Part shown: positions 8,491 through 16,439 of the stretch, in pieces
Layout of the letters: each line of letters starts with the position of its first letter
Position numbering within the stretch: position 1 is the stretch's first letter
Assembly: GCA_964636085.1 (NCBI GenBank)
Contig: CAZWPQ010000011.1
Span: 23,948 to 51,557 of the forward strand
Origin: an uncultured Nitrososphaerota archaeon
GTDB lineage: Archaea; Asgardarchaeota; Njordarchaeia; Njordarchaeales; Panguiarchaeaceae
DNA length: 27,610 nt
Reading direction: 5' to 3'
Notes under the pieces: generated by a model
Databases searched by the model: none
What the model was told of the DNA's origin: nothing
Seen by the model: only the letters and a program-made list of their open reading frames with translations
Made by a program: the position numbers and the translations under genes

Positions 8491-9591
8491 GTGATAAAGA
8501 TTCCTGAAACACTATTCATAGGTAAATGGATTCCGCGGGGTGCCCCACGGCTTCTAGGTGCGTATCCCATAAAGGAATTAAGGTATGACCTAATAATAGA
8601 CATATTTGGGTTGATCCTAAGAGAAGAATATAGACAAGAGGAAGAGCCTCGTGAAGGGTTCTACATAGTTCAGTATCCTCCGAAGAATGCTGCTTTCTCA
8701 GACACATATGGGGGAAGATACTTTGTGTGTTACTTCTCTGGAATGGAGTTGAGGCAATTGGTTGGTCTTATACTGGATGCTGGCGAGCGTCCAGACCCTT
8801 TTAGGGGTGCTTTAGTCAGAGCCGCTCTCCGTTTATTTAGGCGGGGAGAAATACCGACGACTGAAGAGGAATGGAGTAATCTGTGGAATCAAATTATTGC
8901 ATACCCTGAATCGCCATTGGAGCAAAAAATAGCCGATATTTTTAGAGATGTTGAAGCTAGGATAATACTATCGATAATGCTTCAGGATGGTATTCTAACA
9001 CTAGATGAACTTGTAAGAAAGGTAAGAGAACGTTTGGCGACGCCTGTGAGCAGGGATCTGATTGTTACCTATATATATGTACTATCTGCTCTAGGAATCC
9101 TAGAGGTTAGGTATGATGAAAAAGCATTAATGGAGCGAGTTTATTTGATCTCGGACGTTATATTTTATAGGAGGAGACCAAATGCCTATAATAAAATTGC
9201 TAGTAAAGTTCCAGAATATAAGGATGCATATGCACAATTTGCGTCAGAATATATAGCATCATGGGAGGCAGATATGAGTCTCATACCAGAAGTAATAGGG
9301 AACCCTGAGCTCTATGCATTTGTGGAGAGATTAAGAAAGGAGGGTGTTATGCAGGTGACAGATCTGTCTTCTGAAGAATTGAAGATTGTTGAAAAGTTAG
9401 CGGACATAAAGATAGTCAAAAGAATAGGCGATTACGTGTGCTTCTTGTCTGATCCTACATACAAAATAATATTTCCGAGATGGACAATAAAGGAAGTACT
9501 TAACCGAGCCAAGGAAAATGAGGAATTTAGGGAGATAGTAATTAAATGGCTAAATATACTAAGGGAGGCATATTTAAGAAAGAAGGGATGA
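8491..9591 (+). CDS. Conserved Asgard-type protein: N-terminal longin/uDENN-like domain plus two winged-helix-like domains
   Basis: N-terminal LFIGKW....APRLLGAYP resembles the longin/uDENN beta1-beta2 pattern. Two wHTH-like segments follow (ARIILSIMLQDGILTLDELVRKV...YIYVLSALGILEV and LYAFVERLRKEGVMQVTDL...IVEKLADIKIVK). Overall similarity to a Lokiarchaeal family is recalled from memory and not verified. Confidence 0.6.
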   Translation: MIKIPETLFIGKWIPRGAPRLLGAYPIKELRYDLIIDIFGLILREEYRQEEEPREGFYIVQYPPKNAAFSDTYGGRYFVCYFSGMELRQLVGLILDAGERPDPFRGALVRAALRLFRRGEIPTTEEEWSNLWNQIIAYPESPLEQKIADIFRDVEARIILSIMLQDGILTLDELVRKVRERLATPVSRDLIVTYIYVLSALGILEVRYDEKALMERVYLISDVIFYRRRPNAYNKIASKVPEYKDAYAQFASEYIASWEADMSLIPEVIGNPELYAFVERLRKEGVMQVTDLSSEELKIVEKLADIKIVKRIGDYVCFLSDPTYKIIFPRWTIKEVLNRAKENEEFREIVIKWLNILREAYLRKKG

Positions 9592-9637
9592 CTGATATAA
9601 AACTATTTGTGGTTCCAAACGAGGTGTGTGTTTTTTT

Positions 9638-10705
9638 ATGGTAGAATCGATCTATGACATGATAGTATCCAGTTCTAATAGGAGGATGCTAAGACAGGTT
9701 TTAGAATTTCCACAACTTCTAGCGCGGGGAATAGAAGATGGACTTGAAGTTGCGGAGGATGGGGGGATAATACATTGTGAGGGGAGCAGCGTTAGGGTAT
9801 ATTGGTACGGTATGGGAGCCTCTGCTCTTATTGGTGATTATATTAGGGCGTACTGCCTCTATTCCAAGAGCAAGGAAAGTTTAGAGGTATTCGTGGAGCG
9901 TAGCCATGAGCTAAAATATGATCCAAATGAGAATGCATTATATGTTTTCTACAGCTATTCGGGAAATACCTTTGAAACCTTATGTACGTTTAGGAAAGCA
10001 TTAACCTCAATCCCAGCGGAAAAAATAATTACTTTTTCATCGGGCGGAAAGATTGGTGAGATCGCCAAGGATAAGGGTATTATAAACATAAGCATACCTA
10101 GTGGATATGTCTCTAGGTCACATTTTCCATACGGTCTAGGCGCCGCCGTAGCTGTTTTATCAAAATATCTGGGTAATTTAGACATATTAAGCGAAATTAA
10201 AGAGGCTGTTGATATAATTGCAGAGGATATTTCCAGCGATATGATTGAATATGCGAAAGTGCTGAATCTAACAGCAAGAAAAATGGCGAGCAAGATAGCT
10301 GTTTTAATGGCTGATTACACTCTCGAACCGGTAGCGAGGAGGTTTATAGCGCAACTAAATGAGAATTCCAAGCACTTTGCAACATTCTTCGAAATACCTG
10401 AGGGATGCCACAACTTCATTGTTGGCATAAGACACATGCATAAGAAGTGTTTTATGGTTGTGCTGAGGAGAGAATCGGAAGACGAGTTTATAAGGAATAC
10501 GATAAATACACTGACGAGGCATATCTTGAAGTGTGATTGCCTTGAATACAAGATAGAGGACGGAGAAACTTATTCTTGGTCGACGCTACTGAAACCAACA
10601 TTTTTCATAGATTTACTTTCTATTTTTCTGGCTGATATCAAGGGGGAGAATGCTTTTGATATCACCGAAATTGTGTCATTTAAACAATCTATTGGTGGTG
10701 GCTGA
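9638..10705 (+). CDS. Bifunctional phosphoglucose/phosphomannose isomerase (SIS domain, archaeal PGI/PMI family)
   Basis: GMGASALIGD, SYSGNTFET, SSGGKI, RRFIAQLNENSK and PEGCHN match PGI/PMI catalytic motifs. ATG 9638 follows GAGGTG. The stop overlaps the next start (TGATG). Confidence 0.85.
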   Translation: MVESIYDMIVSSSNRRMLRQVLEFPQLLARGIEDGLEVAEDGGIIHCEGSSVRVYWYGMGASALIGDYIRAYCLYSKSKESLEVFVERSHELKYDPNENALYVFYSYSGNTFETLCTFRKALTSIPAEKIITFSSGGKIGEIAKDKGIINISIPSGYVSRSHFPYGLGAAVAVLSKYLGNLDILSEIKEAVDIIAEDISSDMIEYAKVLNLTARKMASKIAVLMADYTLEPVARRFIAQLNENSKHFATFFEIPEGCHNFIVGIRHMHKKCFMVVLRRESEDEFIRNTINTLTRHILKCDCLEYKIEDGETYSWSTLLKPTFFIDLLSIFLADIKGENAFDITEIVSFKQSIGGG

Positions 10706-11739
10706 TGATAGCACTAATCCTAGCGGGAGGATTCGCGACAAGACTCTGGCCTCTAACAAAGGATTACCCAAAACCCCTACTGAGACTAGGTAAGCGTAGG
10801 ATCATAGACTTTGCGCTTGAACATTTATACGAGAACGAATTTATTTCCCGCATATTCATATCCACAAATACTGCATTCAGGCATGTATTTGAAGCATGGC
10901 TAAAAGAATCACCCTACTGTACCAAAGCAGAACTTATCTTTGAGCCATCTCTTTGTGAAGAAGAGAAACTTGGGGCTATAAGGGGTATAAAGTATGACAT
11001 TGAGGCTATAGCGGATAGACATGGATTAGATGACATGATAATCGTGGCTGGTGATAATGCGTTCTTTATGAACTTCTCCGAATTTATAAAGCAATTCAAC
11101 ATTAAGAGATCTCCGATGGTTGCGGTAAGAAAGATAGAATCGATTGAAGAAGCTAAAAGATTTGCGGTCGTTAGTATAGACAAAGAAAGCAAGATAATAG
11201 AGTTCGAGGAAAAACCAAGGCAACCAAAGTCAACACTAATAGCTACTGCCATCTATGCACTTCCAAAGGACTGTATAGGCTATGTATCAAAATACTTGGA
11301 GGAAGGTGGAAATCCGGATGCGCCTGGCTATTTTTTTGAATGGCTTATAAACAAAACCGATGTATACGCATTCATGTTTGAGGGCTTCTGGTTTGACATA
11401 GGCGCACCTAGTGGTTTCTTTGAAGCGTTGAGGGAGACACTAAAAGAATCATACATACATAGAAGTGCCGTTGTGGATGGCAAGATAGTGGATCCAGTAT
11501 TCGTTGGAGACAATGTTTTTGTCTCAAAGGACTCCGAGGTAGGTCCTTGGGTAGTTTTAGAGAACGGAGTTCGTGTTGAGGAAGCGAAAATTTCCAGTTC
11601 CCTTATAATGGAGAGATCTTACATTCGTGGGTCAGAAATAAGGAATGCGTTGATAGGAGCTCATTCAAGGATCGAGGGTTCAATCATAAAGAGTGGCATT
11701 TTGTCGAGTTATAGCAAGCTACTAGGGCATCTAAGCTAG
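10705..11739 (+). CDS. NDP-sugar pyrophosphorylase (sugar-1-phosphate nucleotidyltransferase) with a C-terminal left-handed beta-helix
   Basis: ILAGGFATRLWPLT...PKPLL, VAGDN, FEEKP, WFDIG, and C-terminal hexapeptide repeats. Confidence 0.92.
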   Translation: MIALILAGGFATRLWPLTKDYPKPLLRLGKRRIIDFALEHLYENEFISRIFISTNTAFRHVFEAWLKESPYCTKAELIFEPSLCEEEKLGAIRGIKYDIEAIADRHGLDDMIIVAGDNAFFMNFSEFIKQFNIKRSPMVAVRKIESIEEAKRFAVVSIDKESKIIEFEEKPRQPKSTLIATAIYALPKDCIGYVSKYLEEGGNPDAPGYFFEWLINKTDVYAFMFEGFWFDIGAPSGFFEALRETLKESYIHRSAVVDGKIVDPVFVGDNVFVSKDSEVGPWVVLENGVRVEEAKISSSLIMERSYIRGSEIRNALIGAHSRIEGSIIKSGILSSYSKLLGHLS

Positions 11740-11752
11740 GGATTATTTGGTG

Positions 11753-11769
11753 CGATATTTTTTATATCG
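11753..11769 (+). terminator. Possible T-rich terminator within a short inverted repeat
   Basis: CGATAT-TTTTT-ATATCG, 14 nt after the NDP-sugar pyrophosphorylase stop codon. Confidence 0.3.
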
Positions 11770-11861
11770 TTAATATCTGAATAATTTATTCAAATTAAAT
11801 CTAAAGTACTAAGTCACTTTTTCAAAATTTAGGGCTAGAGAGGATTACACGGAGTGGAAGA

Positions 11862-13124
11862 ATGCCTATTACAGGGGATGGATATAATGTATGGAGAAAA
11901 TTCTTGCGGGGGCTAAGTCTAAAACTGGATGAGTATAGATTGTTATGTAGGAAAATTCGGGAAGGAGAATACTCAGAATCCATGCTGGCAACTATCATAG
12001 CCAGAACATATTATAAACCCCTGAGCCCAGAAGAGATATATAAATTGGTACTGGCGTTCGTGGAGACCGGCGACATAATAGAGTTTGATGGCACATATAT
12101 CGTCGATAAACACTCTATAGGGGGGGTCCCGGGAAATAAGGTATCGCTTTTAGTGGTTCCTATTGTTGCTGCAGCGGGCTTAACAATTCCAAAAACAGCT
12201 ACCAGATCAATAACGACAATTGGAACTGCGGAAAAAATGAGTGTCTTCGCATCAGTAGATTTGACTGGCGATGAAGTCAAGGAGGTCGTAAAAAAAGTAA
12301 GGGGATGCATTGTTTCCACAAAAAAGCTAAATCTAGCCCCTGTTGATGATATTTTAATAGATGTCCAGAGTTCACTGAGGATAAATCCAGTGTCATTAAT
12401 GGTGGCATCAATCCTCGCTAAGAAAAAGGCAATGAATATAAGATACATGGTGTTGGACATACCACAGGGCAGAGGCACAAAAGTAAGGACGATGAAAGAA
12501 GCAATGTCTCTAGCCAATAGATTCATCATGGTCGCAGAGAGATTAGGCATAAATTTACGATGTGCAATTACCTATGGGGAGCAACCAGTTGGACATACGG
12601 TGGGTGTTGGCCTAGAGGCAAGAGAGGCATTGGAAACCCTACAAGGAGGAAAACCTTCAACATCATTAATAGAGAAATCCGCTGGGCTTGCAGGCATACT
12701 ATTCGAACTAACAGGCATAACGTCTGAAGGGCCGAGACTTGCCAAAAATATATTAGAGTCGGGCAAGGCTCTAGAGAAATTTAGGGAAATAGTAGAAGCC
12801 CAAGGCGGCAATAGGAATATCAGATTAGATGACATACCTATTGGTAGCTATACGGCTGAGATAAGATCCAACGTCAATGGATATGTAGTTCAAATAGACA
12901 ACAAATTGATTAATGAAATAGCTCGAATTGCCGGGGCTCCCGGTGATATTGGTGCAGGAGTCGTGATACCATTTAAGGGGGGCAGGTATGTTAGGGAAGG
13001 AGATGTCATACTCAAGATATACTCCAACAACGAGGCACGCCTAGATAAGGCATACAGGTATGCGATAGATAATCTTCCAATCATCATAGAGGGAGCGGTA
13101 AGAAGAATAGTAAGAAGCCTATGA
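11862..13124 (+). CDS. deoA: AMP phosphorylase / thymidine phosphorylase family protein lacking the usual N-terminal domain
   Basis: DKHSIGGVPGNK, LVVPIVAAAGLTIPKT, ASILAKKKAM, VLDIPQGRGTKV, GEQPVGHTVG..LEAREAL, ARIAGAPGDIGAG. The protein is 420 aa versus ~500 aa for typical archaeal AMP phosphorylases. Confidence 0.88.
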   Translation: MPITGDGYNVWRKFLRGLSLKLDEYRLLCRKIREGEYSESMLATIIARTYYKPLSPEEIYKLVLAFVETGDIIEFDGTYIVDKHSIGGVPGNKVSLLVVPIVAAAGLTIPKTATRSITTIGTAEKMSVFASVDLTGDEVKEVVKKVRGCIVSTKKLNLAPVDDILIDVQSSLRINPVSLMVASILAKKKAMNIRYMVLDIPQGRGTKVRTMKEAMSLANRFIMVAERLGINLRCAITYGEQPVGHTVGVGLEAREALETLQGGKPSTSLIEKSAGLAGILFELTGITSEGPRLAKNILESGKALEKFREIVEAQGGNRNIRLDDIPIGSYTAEIRSNVNGYVVQIDNKLINEIARIAGAPGDIGAGVVIPFKGGRYVREGDVILKIYSNNEARLDKAYRYAIDNLPIIIEGAVRRIVRSL

Positions 13125-13177
13125 GGCCAGAAAAAATTTAATATAGCTATTGTAGTAACATAGCAAGCCCAACATAG

Positions 13178-13203
13178 CTGAGTGTAGGAATACCTACACT
13201 TGG
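13178..13203. terminator. Hairpin between convergent genes; possible bidirectional terminator or protein-binding palindrome
   Basis: Perfect 8-bp inverted repeat AGTGTAGG-aata-CCTACACT (13181-13200), extendable by two G-U pairs and one C-G pair. Confidence 0.45.
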
Positions 13204-13245
13204 GAATCGAGGGGATAATAATATCATAGACAAAAACACTTAAGT

Positions 13246-14295
13246 TTATTCTATCTCGCCAAACTCTATCTTTTCCCAGTACTCTCCCCAAGCCTCGTAA
13301 GGGTCGAGATCCGCGAGATCCTCTGCGAAATGGCAAAAAACTCTTCTACCATCAATCATATGATATTCAGGTAACTTCTCATCACAAATATCCTTACGGA
13401 AGGGACATCTATCTCTGAATGGGCAACCCTTAGGGAAAAACCTCAAGTCAGGTGGAGACCCAGGAATTGCGACGACCTTTCTTTCCTCGATCTTTTGTGG
13501 CGAGGGGACAGCAGCAATAAGGCCTTTAGTATATGGGTGTGCTGGTCGTTTATATATGGAAACAACATCTCCCTCCTCGACGAGAAAACCAGCATACATC
13601 ACACTAACCCTATCGGAAAGCTCAGCCACAACAGCGAGGTCATGCGAGATATAAATCATTGACATACCATAACGACGCTGAAGTTTCTTAAGAAGATCAA
13701 TAATCTGGGCCTGGATGGTGACATCTAAAGCGGTTGTAGGCTCATCGCAGATAAGGAGCGAGGGATTCATTGAGATGGCCATGGCAATAACAACACGTTG
13801 TTTCATACCTCCACTCAATTGATGTGGATAGTCATTCATTCTCGCCGGATCTAGACCTACTTCTAGGAAGAGCTCCCTGACGATTTCGAAGGCCTCTTCC
13901 TTAGAAATACCCTCATGATATATCAATGCCTCGGCGACCTGATCCCCCACCTTAAACACTGGATTTAGTGCATTCATCGCTCCTTGGAAGACCATCGCTA
14001 TTTCGCTCCAGAGGATCTTTCTCATTCTGACGTCAGGGATTCTCACTAGGTCTTCGCCCCTAAAATCGACAACACCTGATTCGATGTAGCCATTGGAGGG
14101 TAGTAGTCTCATTATTGCTAGGGAAAGTGTCGATTTGCCGCAGCCTGATTCTCCTACGAGACCCATTGTCTCGCCTTCTCTCACTTGGAAGGAAACATCA
14201 TTGACTGCATGTACCGTGAATGGGCCTAATTTATATCTAACTCGGAGGTTTTTTATATCTAGGATTATATTTTCTTCGGACAAAATGCCCACCAT
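13246..14295 (-). CDS. Oligopeptide/dipeptide ABC transporter ATP-binding protein (DppD/OppD family)
   Basis: Walker [10 protein letters not shown]-loop MVFQ, signature [12 protein letters not shown], Walker [22 protein letters not shown], and a C-terminal Cys cluster (GCPF..RCP....C...CH). Confidence 0.95.
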   Translation of the reverse strand: MVGILSEENIILDIKNLRVRYKLGPFTVHAVNDVSFQVREGETMGLVGESGCGKSTLSLAIMRLLPSNGYIESGVVDFRGEDLVRIPDVRMRKILWSEIAMVFQGAMNALNPVFKVGDQVAEALIYHEGISKEEAFEIVRELFLEVGLDPARMNDYPHQLSGGMKQRVVIAMAISMNPSLLICDEPTTALDVTIQAQIIDLLKKLQRRYGMSMIYISHDLAVVAELSDRVSVMYAGFLVEEGDVVSIYKRPAHPYTKGLIAAVPSPQKIEERKVVAIPGSPPDLRFFPKGCPFRDRCPFRKDICDEKLPEYHMIDGRRVFCHFAEDLADLDPYEAWGEYWEKIEFGEIE

Positions 14296-14385
14296 AATTC
14301 TACTTAACTAGAGTAAAATGATTAATTTTTATTTTTAATACATGGAGAAACATGGGTGGTCTTGAGTGTTGTTTTGTTTTTCGTT

Positions 14386-16410
14386 TTATGCTAGATCTAT
14401 TTCTGTATAAGGGTTCCATCTTATCTCTCTAAAAACATCTGTTCCAAAGTTTTTCTTTACATAGTCCCCTATGTATCTTACTAGGTCTAGGCTTCCTCTT
14501 TTTCTGGCCATATATTCCTCTACGGTTCCCTCTGATATTATTTCGTATACTCTGGCTAGTTTGCCCCTATGGGGTCTTAAGACACGTCCAACTCTTTGTA
14601 TGAATTCCCTTTTTTGTTTGGAGCCACCAGTGATTATAGCGATGCTGGCTTCGCCGATGTCGACTCCTTCTTCGGCCTTTTTTATGATGACCAGGACGGA
14701 TATGATGCCCATTTTGAATCTCTTTATGATATTTTCTTCCTCTCTTTTAGATTCTTCGGCTGTCAGTGCTGCTGTAGGCACAATTTTGTTGATCTCAGAT
14801 GCAATTCTTTTTGCATATTTTATGCTTGTGGTAAAGATGAATATTCTCTCTGAGGAAAATTTTTTGACTATTTCCTTTATTACATCTATCTTGTTGGGGT
14901 TCTCTTGGGCTAGTGCTATCAGCTTATTTAGGAGTTGTCGTTTCTTTATAGGGTCGTGCTCTTTATCAACTAAGTGCCGTAGTTGGTAGTATTCGGCAAT
15001 GATTTCTGGTGGGAGCGGGACATATATTCTTCTGAAGATCATGGGTGCTAAGAGGCCCTTTTTGACGAGTTCGTGGTAAGTAATGGAGTATACGATTTTT
15101 CCAGCTAGCTTGAATATTAGTTCCTCATTTCTATCTCTTCTACTTGGCGTTGCTGAGAGAGCCAGCCTATAGGGGGAACACAAATTCATAGCGATTTTCC
15201 TAAAGGTTCTAGCTGGTATATGATGGCATTCGTCAAATATAGCTAGCCAGAATCTCCTCTGAATCTTATCCATGTGTCTTACGCCAGATTGATATGTCGC
15301 TATTGTTATATCCCTAATATCAATATCGCCTTTTCCTAGGACTCCAATAGCAGACTTGGGTATCCCCGTGAATTGGGAGATTTTTTCTCTCCACTGATCT
15401 AGGAGCCAGAGGTTTGGCACGAACACTATTGTTGGTTTCTTTATCCTAACCATAGCGGCGATTCCTACAAGCGTTTTTCCGCCACCAGTAGGTATAACGA
15501 CGGTTCCTCTGAACTTATTATCGATCCAATTCATGAGCGATGCGAGTTGGTGAGGATATAACTCATATTTTTCTTTGAGACCTCTGATCTCTCTATCGGG
15601 AAGACCTATGTTTATCTCTAATTCTAATCCAAACTTGTTCGCTATTTCTTCTAGATAAATAACTGTGAATGGGGCCATGTAAACATCAATGGTGCTGGTC
15701 TTTCTATAAACCCTGCATGTATCAATGATTTTCTCCTCTAACAAGCCTTCAGGGGTCTCATAATAGTATTTTATTTTGCCCGTCTCGACCAATTCAGATA
15801 TTAGTTCTTCATACACATCCGCGGGGAGTCTTATATGAATTCTATTTCGCTCTGTTAATTTAGCTACGAGTTTTCTAAGTCTTGCTTTTTTGCTTAGCTT
15901 TAAAAGTGTGCCCATGATGGGTTTTGGCAATAACTTTATTTTATCCGTAGAGGCTAAGCTTGCAATGTCCGTCAAATTAGCCACAAGGAATGGAATTTCA
16001 ATTGTTCCTACTTCTGGTATATCGAAGTTTCTAATTTCGATTCGGAGGGGTAGTATATCCCTACTGACTTTTTTTATGAGCTCATATGGGTCCTCTCCAA
16101 TTACACAAATGTAGGCCTTATTGGCATCAGGGTCTACTATATGGTGGGGGATGTTGGCAATGAGTTTATCTATAATGTCTAGAATCCTATAAGCGTAGGC
16201 CTGATCAACATACATAAGTTTTTGATTGATAAATCGTAGAAAGTCATTAACCTTGGCTATAATTCTCCAATTTGCTCTCCATTCTTTGTGTTCTGCATTC
16301 CATCTGGCCACCTTTTTAATTTCTTTGGCTATTTCCTTTATTGTTTCCCATGAAAGTTCCCTTGATTCGATAACTATATTGCCGATTACTAGTCTTTGTT
16401 TTACCCCCAT
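14386..16410 (-). CDS. xpb: XPB/Rad25-like superfamily 2 DNA helicase with an extended N-terminus
   Basis: LYPHQ, IPTGGGKT (motif I), FDECHH (II), LSATP.RRD (III), EGVDI (V), QRVGRVLR (VI), YEIISEGTVEE. Confidence 0.88.
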   Translation of the reverse strand: MGVKQRLVIGNIVIESRELSWETIKEIAKEIKKVARWNAEHKEWRANWRIIAKVNDFLRFINQKLMYVDQAYAYRILDIIDKLIANIPHHIVDPDANKAYICVIGEDPYELIKKVSRDILPLRIEIRNFDIPEVGTIEIPFLVANLTDIASLASTDKIKLLPKPIMGTLLKLSKKARLRKLVAKLTERNRIHIRLPADVYEELISELVETGKIKYYYETPEGLLEEKIIDTCRVYRKTSTIDVYMAPFTVIYLEEIANKFGLELEINIGLPDREIRGLKEKYELYPHQLASLMNWIDNKFRGTVVIPTGGGKTLVGIAAMVRIKKPTIVFVPNLWLLDQWREKISQFTGIPKSAIGVLGKGDIDIRDITIATYQSGVRHMDKIQRRFWLAIFDECHHIPARTFRKIAMNLCSPYRLALSATPSRRDRNEELIFKLAGKIVYSITYHELVKKGLLAPMIFRRIYVPLPPEIIAEYYQLRHLVDKEHDPIKKRQLLNKLIALAQENPNKIDVIKEIVKKFSSERIFIFTTSIKYAKRIASEINKIVPTAALTAEESKREEENIIKRFKMGIISVLVIIKKAEEGVDIGEASIAIITGGSKQKREFIQRVGRVLRPHRGKLARVYEIISEGTVEEYMARKRGSLDLVRYIGDYVKKNFGTDVFREIRWNPYTEIDLA

Positions 16411-16439
16411 GTTGAATCCGCTAAGTCATTACATGGAAT

